Assembly: GCA_963745075.1 (NCBI GenBank)
Contig: CAVUWV010000036.1
Span: forward strand, 256,001 to 320,000
Direction of reading: 5' to 3'
Source: Candidatus Hydrogenedentota bacterium
GTDB taxonomy: Bacteria > Hydrogenedentota > Hydrogenedentia > Hydrogenedentales > SLHB01
Length of the DNA stretch: 64,000 nt
This document shows, in pieces, positions 48,942-60,515 of the stretch. Under the pieces are notes generated by a model, which had not been told where the DNA came from, did not search any database, and saw nothing but the letters and a program-made list of their open reading frames with translations. The translations under genes and the position numbers were made by a program. How positions within the stretch are numbered: the stretch's first letter is position 1; each line of letters begins with the position of its first letter.

Positions 48942-51041
48942 CGAACACTGATCCAGCCCGGAAACCGACAGGGTAATCTCTGGATGCAACTCATAATTCA
49001 AGCTAAGCTGACCGTCCTTGGCAATATTTTTTTTCAGATCAACAACAAAATGAGGAATAAATATTCCTTTCCAGGCCGGATCGTTGCTTACTTTATCAGG
49101 AGTTCTATTTTCCGAAAAATCAACCACATATTCCAACGGCTTTAGCTGAATACCGCTGTTAGATATGAGTTCAATATTTTCAGGTATCCTGACATTCTGC
49201 TGGGAAAAATAAAAAAGATTATCTGCATTCCGGAAAGGCAGCGACATCCTTTGCTTTTCGCTGTTCCTGATCCTGTCCGGCAACATAATATTTCCAAATA
49301 ACCTGAGCTGGTATTTATTATCAGAAATCAGGAAATTTGAAAGACTATCGAATAAAAGGCGATAGCCAGCCGGATCAATCAAATCAAACTTATTTTTACT
49401 GCCAAGTGAAATGCTTCCCAGTAGTTTATACGTATCGAAATTAATCCATTGAGATTCCGTAACCACTTGTTCGAGTGCTGGTGAGGCAGTAGCAAGAGGA
49501 AAGTTCCATTTCACTGATCCTTTAATAGCCAGTTCAGACTTGTTAAGACGTATCGCCGAAGCAAAAAAGGAAGCATTCCCGTTATCAGGCAGTTCAGGGG
49601 TGAGTTCGACCGGTGTAAATCCGGACAGGTCTGCATACAGGTTTCCCCTCCTCAATACATACTCCCCTCCTGCATTCTCTATCTGCAAGCTGTCAAATCT
49701 AAACTCCACCTGTTTCCCTGATTCAGAAATTGCTGTTGTACCTTTTCCCGAAAGGCTGTTCAGGTTCTTATTAAAAGTTTTGGTTACCTGCACCTTATGA
49801 TTGCCGGCCCAGAACCACTCAATCAGGGGCGGTCCGGTAAATGTATACACCATACTTTTTGCCACTGCCTGGCTACCCGTAAAAGCTGTGACCTGCCAGG
49901 CATAATTCTGCAGGGTTTCCAGCTTCTGATCAAGCATTACATCACCTCCATAACGAGCTGGCAATTGCCCGGTTGTTGTTTCATACCAGGCCGGATTACT
50001 CAATATTGCAGAGGAGGAATCCTGCCCTTCATTAATTTTTACGATCTTCAGATGATAACTGACCTGTTGCCCCGTTTTTGCGTTATCCGGTCCCTGCCAC
50101 TGAAAACGCCTGAACTCATTTTTTGTGAAACTTTTGCCACTAAAAGGAGAGATCACCGCGATATTCCCTCCGCCCGGATATCCATAATAAAACCACCGCG
50201 CCTGACTGTATCCGTTATTCTTAAAATTATCTTTGCCGACAGCATCCCGTGCCTGCACCCTGTAAACATACTTTTGTCCGGGTTCAAGCGCGGTTTGCGC
50301 CGTCCCATACACCAGGGATGTTTGTGGCACATAACTTGATTGCCATATCTTTTCTACCACCCGGTTATCAATTGCATTTTCAGGATTCACATCCGGATCA
50401 AGGATTTTATACAAACTCAGCTGGTATTCCACACTTCCGGGATTGGATGCCGGAGTAGTCAGTTGCCATTGAAAGGGAATATTTACAGGCCCTGAGAGTC
50501 CAATCACCTGACCGTTTGAAGGAGCCTGTATCATTGGTACATCATTTAACTGCAACATGGCTCCCGCACATGATTTACCCGACAATAAACGGTTTGAATT
50601 ATAATCATATACCTCAACACAAAAGGTATAGTATCCTTCAGGAAGTTTGCCGTTTTTCTGTAAATCGGCCATGGATATCCCTGAAACATTGATATTGTTG
50701 TAATTCAGAAAGGGTGCAAGATCACTTCCGGATAACCGCAGGGGAGAGCCGGGAATAAGGGTGACCGGAACAGCCGGACGAAAGTTCTCTTTGGTGGAAA
50801 TGCTAATCTGACTGCTTTCGATAGTGATTCTGAGTCTTACATTCCATGATGTTTCATTCATATCATTAAAAACAAGGGTGGCCACAAGTTTATCGGACCA
50901 TGTGGAAATATAATCATCCAGAAAAGAGGAATAAGGCGGTGTTAACAGGGTATTTACCGTAACCGGGGAGGCTACCTGAGCTTTTACAGACAGTGTGCTG
51001 AGGATGATAAAGAGTAAACCCTGAAAAATTTTGTTTTTCAT
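48942..51041 (-). CDS. Large secreted TANFOR-like/FN3-like protein, 3'-truncated at the junction
   Basis: Signal peptide; PV.V...L.PPYS..L.DY, LPEG.Y.FC.EVYD; reading frame runs into poly-Phe from A25. Confidence 0.7.
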
Positions 51042-51051
51042 ATTTCCATCG

Positions 51052-52758
51052 TTAAAGGATAAAATTATAGGCCAGATTTCCCTGAAACTGATTTACTTTG
51101 CCGGCAACCGAAGATTTATCGAGGTAAATAATACCCATTCTGAAGGAATGATGGCTGCTGATTTGCCAGTTGCATGTAACCCTGTTATTGATCAGAAAGG
51201 ATTGATCGGAACCAGTAGAAGTATTTAGAAAGCTTGTATTAATCGTCAGGCCCACCTTCTTTTTAAACAGTGATTTTGTTACCCCAAGCGTAGGACCCAA
51301 AGAGGAGGTCTGCAATTCTTCTGCTGTAAATACCGAAAAATTGACTGAGACATATATGGAAACATCACCGGGGACAATCCCCAGCCGGTACATCAGATTG
51401 GTATTCAGAAAAGAGTTAGAAACATCTGTCACCTGCGTTCCCGACTGATTCAACGTATTTCCCTTCTGGTAAGTTGTAACAAGGGTAATTCCCTGTTTGC
51501 TGTTTTCCTTTTCAAAATGATAGTTAGATGACAGTGTTAAATTAGTAGTAGCCTGGGTATATTTTATCGAATCAATTAACAGGATTTGCGTGGGCAATGC
51601 ACTGCTGTTGAAATTGGAAAAAGATCCGGTAAAATTAAGCTTCTTACCGGCAAGCCAGGTACAGTTGAAAGAGGAAATCAACCGGCGGCTGGTTGTAAGC
51701 AGACTGTTATCAAGATTGTTATGCTGGAAACCAAAATTTCCGGAAATTGATATTTTATTTTTCAAAAAAGATCCGCCAAAATCAGCCGTTACTTCTTCAA
51801 TATCATTATTGATAAAGGAGGTTCCGAGTGACTGATACTGGGGATCGACCCTGTTATAGCTTAAACCAATACTGGCCGGACCGAAAACATAATCGAGTGC
51901 TGCCTGAACTGAATTATTAAACTGTGAAGAAGTTCGCGGAGTAAAAAGAAACCCCAGGTTATTGGCATAGGTATAACTTTCCTGAATCACCCGGGGCTGC
52001 CTTGTATCAGTAGTAAAAGCACTTAGCGAATAATCGACCTTCAGATGCAGCTTATTGGTAATGCTGTTACGGGTGCGGAAACCTATCACAAAATTTTCGG
52101 CAGGTTTAACATTGATACTGTCCGGAATCGTAATCGAATTTTTATCATCCTGGCCTTTGAACAGTATAATATCGGCAAACTGCCCCTTTTTCCCGAGTGT
52201 AAGCATGGTTCCATAGCCGCGTCGTTCAAATACCGGCAAATTATTCAATGCATCCGGATCAAAGGCCGAAACCGTTTTGTATTGCTTTGCTGCGGCAAAT
52301 TGTCCGTAAAAAGATTTTATTTTAAACATTGTATGGACGGGGGCATACTCAATCCCGCCTCCCAGAAAAGTAATACCAGACAGGGTATAGCGCGAAAATT
52401 CCATATTCCGGTAACCCAAATGAAGGGTAACAGATCTGTACTGCGGACTGATACCGAATCGTTTAAAAGCATCGGTATTGGCGTCAAGTGAACGGTTATC
52501 CTTCGACAGAAAGAAAGAAACCGGAGCATTCACTACTCCATAAAAGTTAAGATTAAAATTGCCATTCAGCACCCATACAAAAGGATCCCGGATCATATTC
52601 TTTTCGCTGCCAGAGTAAATGGTTGAACTGGCACTGCATCCTCCTGTTACCTGAATCGGATCATTATCTTTTATCTGTTCAATATTCTGTCCCCTTACGG
52701 AAAAGAAAAACATTAAAAAGAAAGGCAATAATCGGTATTTCTTCAAAAAAAGCTGCAC
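51052..52758 (-). CDS. Outer-membrane beta-barrel protein
   Basis: Signal peptide, alternating beta-strand pattern, YNRVDPQYQSLG, C-terminal GNLAYNF. Confidence 0.75.
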   Translation of the reverse strand: MQLFLKKYRLLPFFLMFFFSVRGQNIEQIKDNDPIQVTGGCSASSTIYSGSEKNMIRDPFVWVLNGNFNLNFYGVVNAPVSFFLSKDNRSLDANTDAFKRFGISPQYRSVTLHLGYRNMEFSRYTLSGITFLGGGIEYAPVHTMFKIKSFYGQFAAAKQYKTVSAFDPDALNNLPVFERRGYGTMLTLGKKGQFADIILFKGQDDKNSITIPDSINVKPAENFVIGFRTRNSITNKLHLKVDYSLSAFTTDTRQPRVIQESYTYANNLGFLFTPRTSSQFNNSVQAALDYVFGPASIGLSYNRVDPQYQSLGTSFINNDIEEVTADFGGSFLKNKISISGNFGFQHNNLDNSLLTTSRRLISSFNCTWLAGKKLNFTGSFSNFNSSALPTQILLIDSIKYTQATTNLTLSSNYHFEKENSKQGITLVTTYQKGNTLNQSGTQVTDVSNSFLNTNLMYRLGIVPGDVSIYVSVNFSVFTAEELQTSSLGPTLGVTKSLFKKKVGLTINTSFLNTSTGSDQSFLINNRVTCNWQISSHHSFRMGIIYLDKSSVAGKVNQFQGNLAYNFIL

Positions 52759-52927
52759 AAATTTTTATAGTATTTTTTCCAAAAGGGAATGTGATCCATT
52801 TTACAGCATCCGGAATTCTGCCTGCAAACCTGACGCAAAAGATTAATTCTCTCAGGCTACACTAAGATTTCCCATTCCGTAAATGTATTATTCCGGGAGC
52901 GGAAAGTTTTTGTCAAATGACAAAAAT

Positions 52928-53503
52928 TTACAGTTCGTTTTTTATTTTGCTGAGGGTAAACTGTGAAATACCGAGATAACTTGCAATCATATTTTGGGGT
53001 ACATGCAAGACAATATCTCCGGCTTCGGCAAGAAAATCCTTATATAACTGTCTGGCGCTCATTGTCTGAAGTGATTGTGCTCTTTTTGATGTTTCCAGAT
53101 AATGTTTTTCTGCAATGATCCGGCCAAGCTTTTCAAAATTGTGAAACTTGCTGTACAGTTGTAACAGATCATTTTTTTCAAGATACATAATCTCGCAGGA
53201 AGTGATTGCTTCTACTGTATGTACACTGGGAATATTTTCGGCAAATGAAGTTTGAAGCGTTACTATATCATGATTGGGTACAAAATAGAAATAGGAGGTA
53301 ATTATATTGCCCTGCTCATCAGCATTAAAAGCCCTTAGAATACCTTCTTTTAAGAAGCCAGCCTTATCAGCAACAGCTCCAGCTTTAAGAAATACTTCCC
53401 TGGGACTGAGTTTTACAGTTTTTGCATATTTGTAAAAAGCTTTCCATTCCTCCTCATTCAATGGTGCATACCTGCCAATAGTTTTCCTCACCCATTCATT
53501 CAT
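52928..53503 (-). CDS. Crp/Fnr-family regulator (Bacteroidota type)
   Basis: cNMP-binding fold (GILRAF), VPQNMIASYLGIS..TLSKIK. Confidence 0.92.
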   Translation of the reverse strand: MNEWVRKTIGRYAPLNEEEWKAFYKYAKTVKLSPREVFLKAGAVADKAGFLKEGILRAFNADEQGNIITSYFYFVPNHDIVTLQTSFAENIPSVHTVEAITSCEIMYLEKNDLLQLYSKFHNFEKLGRIIAEKHYLETSKRAQSLQTMSARQLYKDFLAEAGDIVLHVPQNMIASYLGISQFTLSKIKNEL

Positions 53504-53533
53504 GATAATTTTTTCAGGATTGAGATTTTCAAC

Positions 53534-53547
53534 TTGCTATTTAGCAA
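53534..53547. promoter_or_regulatory. Crp/Fnr-type dyad
   Basis: TTGCTA-TT-TAGCAA, 30 bp upstream of the regulator. Confidence 0.6.
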
Positions 53548-53633
53548 ATATGCAGCAGATTTAAAAGTCTGTCCATCAAAAAAACCGAAAGTAAGGTGAT
53601 ATATTTCTTTTGTCAGGAATCCGAAAAGATTCA

Positions 53634-53741
53634 TCAGAGGGTAATCACAAAAACAATCAGGGAGGCAATCAGCAAAATAAGCAGTATCTCATACAAATTA
53701 AGTAACTTGATCCTTCTGTTTATATCTTTTTCTTCTTTCAC
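53634..53741 (-). CDS. Possible small membrane protein (35 aa)
   Basis: GTG start; KEEKDINRRIKLLNLYEILLILLIASLIVFVITL. Confidence 0.3.
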   Translation of the reverse strand: MKEEKDINRRIKLLNLYEILLILLIASLIVFVITL

Positions 53742-54005
53742 ACTTAATAAGTTTTTTGCGTTCAACTCCCGTTCTGTTTGATTTTATTCCCACTCAGTAT
53801 AGCATCAATTTGAAAGCATTTATGGGAAAAACAATCGATTTCAAAGATATCAGTAATTTCTAAAACATATGTTATTAAAATGTTAGAAAATGGTGAAAAA
53901 AATAACAGATTGGTGTATGAAATGTTTTTTGTTTATGCATAGAATGTAAATTGACATATCCGGAGAAGAAAATTACAGTTAAACCCAATGAGCTGGTTGG
54001 AACAA

Positions 54006-57000
54006 TTATTTACCTTTATGTTTATCCGCGAAGCGGGAGGGCAGCATATTATATTCCTGCTTGAAATACCTTGAAAAATAACGGGGATTGTTAAATCCTA
54101 CCTTGTAGGCTATTTCTGAAATTGTGAGCTGACTGTCCCTGAGTAACTGGGCAGCCCTCTTCATTCTGATTGAACGGATAAATTCAATAGGAGTTTTACC
54201 TGTCAGAGCTGTAAGTTTCTTATATAAATGCACACGGCTCATTCCTATTTCGGTGCTGAGTTCCACTACCGAAAAATCCGGGTTATCCATATTTTTTTCA
54301 ACTATTTGCAGTGCTTTCTGAAGTAATTTATCATCTGCTGAATGAAGATTCATACTTGAAGGTGTTATCTCAATTTTTCCCGGCGATGCCTGCCTGATCA
54401 TTTTACGCTGTTCAAGCAGATTTCTAATTTTTGATTCCAGTATTTCAAAGCTGAATGGCTTTGGTATATAAGCATCAGCTCCGGCTTCAAGGCTGTCAAG
54501 TTCATCATTCCGGGTAGTACGGGCGGTAAGCAATATTACAGGTAAGTGCATGAACCGGTTATCTTTCTTTATTTTCCTGATCAGTTGCAAACCGTCCAAA
54601 ACCGGCATCATCAAATCCGTTACCACAAGATCCGGATCAGTTTCAATCATCCTCTCCCACCCCTCTTTACCATTGGAAGCTTCCATGATTCTGTATGCAT
54701 ACTTCAGGTTGTCTTTCAAATAAAATCTGAAATCTTCATTATCTTCTATAATTAGCAGAAGCGGTTTTTCACCCTGCAGGTCAAATTCACCTGACTGAGC
54801 ATTTATTTCCCTTTCAGATGAAACAGTCACCAGGTTTTTCGGGCTCCCCTTTGTTGCAGATACCGCTGCATCAGCAGCTTCAGCTGACATTCTGATAATA
54901 AAGATACTGCCCTTCCCCGGTTCACTCTGTACTGAAATCGTTCCCCCGTGCAACTGTACATACTCCCTGACAAGTGACAGACCTATTCCGCTGCCCTGAT
55001 TCAGTATTGTCCCTGGCATTTCCTGCTGGAAAAACCTTTCAAATACTTTTTCCTGTTTGCCCGCAGGGATACCTATCCCCGTGTCAGCAACCCGTATTTC
55101 AACCTGTTTCCCTGTCCGGGTATTTTTATCTAAATTGATTGACAGCTCAACTGAACCGTTTGCCGGGGTAAACTTGAAAGCATTGGACAAGAGATTGAAA
55201 ATTATCTTTTCCATCTTATCAGGATCAAAAAACATGTTCAGTTCCTCTGCCTCAGTATTAACTGTAAAATTGATATTCTTGTCTTCGGCCAGGTCAGTAA
55301 AAGAAGCAGCTACCTGCTGAACAAACTGAACCAGGTCACCAAATTCAGGTTCCAGTGTAATCCCCTGTACTTCAATTTTCCTGAAATCAAGCAACTGGTT
55401 GACCAGGTTTAGTAAGCGCCTGGCATTCCGGTACATTATCTGAAACTGCTTGGATTTTTCCGGATCACGCGTTTCCTTTACAAACTTTTCTAAAGGACTA
55501 ATAATGAGACTTAAAGGAGTGCGGATCTCATGACTCACATTGGTGAAAAATTTAATCTTCAGCATATCCAGCTCATGTCTGCGCGCCGATTCAAGCCGCT
55601 CCTGCTCTGTCTGGAACCGCAGATGCGTGCGTTTCACGATCATGTACCGAAGAAAATACAATCCGGCAAACACAATCAGAATATAGGCAGCAATTGCCCA
55701 CCGGGTTCTCCAGAAAGGTGGCAGAATAGTTATGTGCAAGGTGGCTCCTTCTTCATTCCAGAAACCATCATTGTTGGATGCTTTTACCCGGAAAATATAA
55801 TTGCCCGGGTCCAGGTTGGTGTAAGTGGCTTTCCTGTGACTGCTGTTGGCTGAAAGCCAACTGTCGTTAAAATTAACCAATTGATACTTATAGCTGTTTT
55901 TTTCAGGATGAAAATAACTCAATGCCGCAAATTCAACAGAAAACATATTTTCTGAATACTTCAGTGTAATATACTGAGTCTGCGATATGGCCTGATTTAA
56001 AATGACACGTCCGTTAATTTTCTCCCCTACGTTCACATCCTGGTTGATGAGCTGAAACCCGGTGAAAACTACTTCAGGAATCCGATGATTGACTTTTATG
56101 GCGGAAGGATCAAAATAATTGAAGCCATTTGCACCTCCAAATAATAATTTTCCGTTTGAAGTTCTCAATGCAGCACCCAGGTTAAAGGCCCGTCCCTGAA
56201 GTCCGTCAGTCTGATCGAAATTGCGAAATTCCACACTATCGATATTCCTGTTTGTAGTAAGAATAAATGACATCTTTGATAACCCGTCAAGTGTACCAAT
56301 CCAGAGATTTCCACCGGTATCTTCAACAATTGACATCACGCCATTGTCGGCAAGTCCGTCCGTTTCGCGGTATGTAGTAAATTTTTTTGCTTCGGGATCA
56401 TAACAATTCAGACCTTCCTGTGTTCCTATCCAGATAAGGCCCCTGCTGTCAGCCAGCAATGCAGAGATATTATCGTTACTTAATCCTGAAGAGTCAATTG
56501 TACTCGTCCCAAAATGGATGAATCGGCCGGAATTTTTCATTAACACATCTACACCGTTATCAGCACCAATCCATATATTACCCTGGTTATCTGCATCCAG
56601 TGTAAGAAGAAAATCCGACTGAACCGAATTTACATCATCTTTCCGGTAATGATTGAAGGTTAATTCCCCCGGCTTTAGCAAATCCAGCCCTCCCCCGAGG
56701 GTAGCGATCCATATGTTATGCTGTGCATCTTCGCATATATCCCATACCCGGTTATCCGAAAGTGATCCCGGATCATCAGGATCGGCATAAAAATGCCGGA
56801 ATACTTTGCCGTCATACATATTTAGGCCTCCATAATAGGTGCCAATCCACAGCCTGTTTTTATGATCAACGAGCAAAGAAACAATTACATCATTACTGAG
56901 GCTGCCGGGATCATCTGTATGACGAAAATGCCGGAAATTATCTGTAGCCGGATCAAACAACTGCAATCCGCCACCGTTGGTTCCAATCCAGAATTTTCCA

Positions 57001-58151
57001 TTGTGATCTTCAGCAAAACAGTTGACATCATTATATCCCAGACTTTGTTTACTTGAAGGAATATGCTGATAGGTATGAAATTTAATGATGTCTTCATGAT
57101 AATAATTGATTCCCTGTTTATAAGTTCCTGCCCAGATTATGCCGTTATTATCCTTGTAAAGTGACATGATAACGTTCTGCGTCAAACTGTTTGGATCATC
57201 GGGATTATTTAGCAGATAATGAACAGAAAAATCCTTTTTATCCAGGACATTGATACCTCCGTGATCTGTTCCGATCCAGATGAGCCCGTGGTTGTCCTGC
57301 ACCACATCCCGGACAATGTTGGTATTTAAGCGGCCAGAGTCGGATTCAGTACTAAAATGGTGCAAAATTTTATGATCCCGTTCAAAATAATATAATCCCA
57401 TTGCATTGTTTGTAATACTGATCCAGATGTCGCCGTCCCGGTCAGCATAGAGTAATGACTGCATAACCTGTACAGGATACTGATAGTGCAATTTAAAATT
57501 TTTGCTTAAAATTTGATTGGTATCAGGATTCAGCTCTATCAGAAGGCCGTTTTGTGTAACCAGCCATATATTTCCATTCGGATCCAGCGTAAGATCCGAA
57601 ATAACAGCTTGTCCGTCAAATACTTCATCAGATGGAATAAAATTAATACTCAGGGAAGTATCACGATCAGTAAGGTATTTGAATAACCTGCCATCATCAC
57701 TGTATATCCACAAATTACCATTCCTGTCGGTTTTCATACCGCTTATTGTCACATCAGGAAGCGAATATTCGCGAAGAATATCTGAAACATCATGGATAAA
57801 GCTTTCGGTTTCAGGATTATAAATATTAAGTCCTGCTCGTGTTCCCACCCAGAGACGTTGCTTATTATCTTCAAAAACAGAAGAGATATAATTATCGTTT
57901 AACGATTGACTATTGTGTTGCTCATGTTTAAAATTCCTGAAAGAATATCCATCAAACCTGTTCAACCCGGAGACTGTGCCAAACCACACAAAGCCCCTGC
58001 TGTCTTTCAGGATACAGCTCACCTGGTTATTGGACAACCCATCAGTAGTACTCAGATGTGAGAAACGGTATTGCACCTCTTGGCCAGCCAGAGACTGGAG
58101 CAATACAATACCGATAATACCCAGGAAAATCTTTTTTAAGCTATATTTCAC
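54006..58151 (-). CDS. Hybrid two-component sensor/regulator (Reg_prop, Y_Y_Y, HisKA, HATPase, REC, AraC)
   Basis: WIGT repeats, YTNLDPG.Y.F.V, SHEIRTPL, NLLSNAFKFT, DLMMP, AraC C-terminus. Confidence 0.96.
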   Translation of the reverse strand: MKYSLKKIFLGIIGIVLLQSLAGQEVQYRFSHLSTTDGLSNNQVSCILKDSRGFVWFGTVSGLNRFDGYSFRNFKHEQHNSQSLNDNYISSVFEDNKQRLWVGTRAGLNIYNPETESFIHDVSDILREYSLPDVTISGMKTDRNGNLWIYSDDGRLFKYLTDRDTSLSINFIPSDEVFDGQAVISDLTLDPNGNIWLVTQNGLLIELNPDTNQILSKNFKLHYQYPVQVMQSLLYADRDGDIWISITNNAMGLYYFERDHKILHHFSTESDSGRLNTNIVRDVVQDNHGLIWIGTDHGGINVLDKKDFSVHYLLNNPDDPNSLTQNVIMSLYKDNNGIIWAGTYKQGINYYHEDIIKFHTYQHIPSSKQSLGYNDVNCFAEDHNGKFWIGTNGGGLQLFDPATDNFRHFRHTDDPGSLSNDVIVSLLVDHKNRLWIGTYYGGLNMYDGKVFRHFYADPDDPGSLSDNRVWDICEDAQHNIWIATLGGGLDLLKPGELTFNHYRKDDVNSVQSDFLLTLDADNQGNIWIGADNGVDVLMKNSGRFIHFGTSTIDSSGLSNDNISALLADSRGLIWIGTQEGLNCYDPEAKKFTTYRETDGLADNGVMSIVEDTGGNLWIGTLDGLSKMSFILTTNRNIDSVEFRNFDQTDGLQGRAFNLGAALRTSNGKLLFGGANGFNYFDPSAIKVNHRIPEVVFTGFQLINQDVNVGEKINGRVILNQAISQTQYITLKYSENMFSVEFAALSYFHPEKNSYKYQLVNFNDSWLSANSSHRKATYTNLDPGNYIFRVKASNNDGFWNEEGATLHITILPPFWRTRWAIAAYILIVFAGLYFLRYMIVKRTHLRFQTEQERLESARRHELDMLKIKFFTNVSHEIRTPLSLIISPLEKFVKETRDPEKSKQFQIMYRNARRLLNLVNQLLDFRKIEVQGITLEPEFGDLVQFVQQVAASFTDLAEDKNINFTVNTEAEELNMFFDPDKMEKIIFNLLSNAFKFTPANGSVELSINLDKNTRTGKQVEIRVADTGIGIPAGKQEKVFERFFQQEMPGTILNQGSGIGLSLVREYVQLHGGTISVQSEPGKGSIFIIRMSAEAADAAVSATKGSPKNLVTVSSEREINAQSGEFDLQGEKPLLLIIEDNEDFRFYLKDNLKYAYRIMEASNGKEGWERMIETDPDLVVTDLMMPVLDGLQLIRKIKKDNRFMHLPVILLTARTTRNDELDSLEAGADAYIPKPFSFEILESKIRNLLEQRKMIRQASPGKIEITPSSMNLHSADDKLLQKALQIVEKNMDNPDFSVVELSTEIGMSRVHLYKKLTALTGKTPIEFIRSIRMKRAAQLLRDSQLTISEIAYKVGFNNPRYFSRYFKQEYNMLPSRFADKHKGK

Positions 58152-58472
58152 TGTTAAAAAGCTTTGTCTCTTCTACCCGGACAGTATGTATCCGGGATAC
58201 TAATATATTTTCAAATATAACCATGAATTTTTAAAAAGATTGCATGTTAAAACACAAGACTTGAATTAAATAAATATTTAGCTTAGTTTTTCTTTCTTTT
58301 TTCTGTTTACGAAGCCTTTTTTGTAATCCAGTCTGATTATATGGGGTTATTTCAAAGAAAAAGTTCTGTTAATTTAATCCTTATATGACTGATATAAATA
58401 AAAAATACAGGGTAGTGAAAAATATTTAACTTTAATTTAACCTGATTATGTAAATGAAATTAAAAAAAGGTG

Positions 58473-58480
58473 TACTTTTG
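58473..58480 (+). promoter_or_regulatory. Bacteroidota -7 promoter element
   Basis: TACTTTTG matches TAnnTTTG, about 40 bp before ATG 58522. Confidence 0.6.
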
Positions 58481-58521
58481 CGCCCTTCAAATTAGTAATC
58501 ATTTAAAATAAAAGGTAATAC

Positions 58522-58737
58522 ATGCATTTAATAGAAAATGCGTCAATAACAGGACGCACAATTGGAGAACAGGATCTTTATCTAGTTCAGGATGAAATAA
58601 CAGGAAGGATTATCACACTTGTAAATGCGAATAATTTCGAACTTGAAACAGGTGCAGAAGGGTTGGTTTCCTATGAAACCGGCACAGAAAATGTACTCAT
58701 TGGCTTCGAACCTGCCACTGAAGAAGTATTCGCATAA
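58522..58737 (+). CDS. Small acidic hypothetical protein (71 aa)
   Basis: ORF bounded by a promoter element and a terminator. Confidence 0.7.
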   Translation: MHLIENASITGRTIGEQDLYLVQDEITGRIITLVNANNFELETGAEGLVSYETGTENVLIGFEPATEEVFA

Positions 58738-58763
58738 TTCCATCAGCAAAACTATTTTTTGAG

Positions 58764-58789
58764 ACATCCCAACCGGGATGTTTTTTTTT
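58764..58789 (+). terminator. Rho-independent terminator
   Basis: ACATCCC-AACC-GGGATGT then T run. Confidence 0.85.
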
Positions 58790-59046
58790 GCTTACTATTT
58801 AATGATACAATCAAAGACCGCTGCCCATTTCTGAAAAGATCGTTAAAAAGCGACTGATATTTTTAAAACTGCTAGCTTAAAATGGCTGGTAAATAACTAA
58901 ATGGTAGTTAAGTACACAAAATATTACTATTCAATAATCCGTATAATATGGAAAATGTCTTTAATAAAAAATAACATTTTTTGTATTTCCGTTCCCGGAA
59001 GTAAACATTATCTTTAGGGCTTTTAATAAAACCAAACAAATTATTT

Positions 59047-60477
59047 ATGAGCAGACTAAGTACCACCATCAACAAGTTTCCCAGGGTATTCTGGGTGTCA
59101 AACTTCATGGAGTTATTTGAGCGGTGGGCATGGTATGGTTTTTACAATGCCCTTGCCCTTTACCTGACCATGAGTAAAGACACCGGTGCCCTTGAGTTTA
59201 CGCAGGCCCAGAAGGGAGTGATCATGGGAACGGGAACAATGTTGTTGTATTTCTTACCATTGATTACCGGTGCCATATCTGACCGGGTAGGATACAAAAA
59301 AGTTTTGATTGCCTCCTTTACCATGTATGTCGGGGGTTATTTTATGATGGGTACCTTTCATACCTTCGGAATGATTTTTTTCGCTTACATCTTTCTGGCA
59401 GTAGCAGGCGCCTTGTTCAAACCCATCATTTCGGCCATGATTGCCAAAACAACTAACAAGGAAACCTCATCAGTTGGATTCGGCATTTTCTACATGATGA
59501 TCAATATCGGCGGATTTATCGGTCCGTTTGTATCGGGATTCCTGTATCATGCCAGCTGGCATTATGTATTTCTGATGTCAATCATAGCCATTGCTATTAA
59601 CTTCATCTTTGTACTCTTTATGTTTAAAGAGCCTCACCGGGAAGAAACAGATGACTCTTTTCTGCAAAATATAGGAATTGCACTTAAAAATATTGGTAAA
59701 ACACTGCTTGACTGGCGATATGTACTCTTTTTGCTCATCATGAGCCTTTTCTGGTCTTCTTTTAACCAGTTGTATTATTCCTTTCCTGTTTTTGTAGAAG
59801 ATTGGGTGCAACTGGACAAACTGGCAGCTTTCCTGCACATGCCAGCGGGTAGTATCACACCGGTGACCATTTTGAGTATGGATGCCTTTTTTATTATTGT
59901 TTTCCAGATGCTTGTTTCTTCGATTTCTGCAAAATTCCGTCCGTTGCATTCAATGGCAGTTGGCATCCTGGTGCTGGGCGGCGGATTATTCCTGATGTTC
60001 ATCACACGGAGTCCCTGGTGGGTATTGTTCGGACTGCTGGTTTTCAGTCTTGGTGAAATGGCCAGTTCGCCTAAATTTACTGAATATGTTGGTCGCATTG
60101 CTCCGGCTGATAAAAAAGCACTTTACATGGGAACGTCATTTCTTCCCATCGCCCTGGGGCATTTCATTGCCGGCTGGTTATCTGGTGAGATTTATGCTGT
60201 ACGGGCTGAAAAGATCACATTATTAAAAGAATACCTTACTGAAAAAGGGATTGCTTTTCATGATGTGACACAAACCTTTACACAAAGTGATTTTTACCAT
60301 CAGGCAGAAAAACTGCTGGGAATGGATATGAACCAGATAACCACCATGCTCTGGAATAAGGACCATCCTTCACAGGTATGGATCATGTATACCGGAATGG
60401 CTGTTTTGTCTACCCTGCTGCTTTTTGTGTATGACAAATTTATTCTTCGGCACCAGGAAAATAACAAAAGTAAATAG
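59047..60477 (+). CDS. POT/PTR-like peptide MFS transporter
   Basis: ELFERWAWYG (ExxER), GALFKP, FYMMINIG, GEM..SP. Confidence 0.9.
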   Translation: MSRLSTTINKFPRVFWVSNFMELFERWAWYGFYNALALYLTMSKDTGALEFTQAQKGVIMGTGTMLLYFLPLITGAISDRVGYKKVLIASFTMYVGGYFMMGTFHTFGMIFFAYIFLAVAGALFKPIISAMIAKTTNKETSSVGFGIFYMMINIGGFIGPFVSGFLYHASWHYVFLMSIIAIAINFIFVLFMFKEPHREETDDSFLQNIGIALKNIGKTLLDWRYVLFLLIMSLFWSSFNQLYYSFPVFVEDWVQLDKLAAFLHMPAGSITPVTILSMDAFFIIVFQMLVSSISAKFRPLHSMAVGILVLGGGLFLMFITRSPWWVLFGLLVFSLGEMASSPKFTEYVGRIAPADKKALYMGTSFLPIALGHFIAGWLSGEIYAVRAEKITLLKEYLTEKGIAFHDVTQTFTQSDFYHQAEKLLGMDMNQITTMLWNKDHPSQVWIMYTGMAVLSTLLLFVYDKFILRHQENNKSK

Positions 60478-60515
60478 CAACTTAATAACCAAAGCCTGTA
60501 TGCTGTTCTTTGCAA

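Noticed and set aside
48795..49145. 116-aa ORF with poly-Lys and the poly-Phe tail of the 732-aa ORF
   Set aside because: Products of homopolymer runs at the junction
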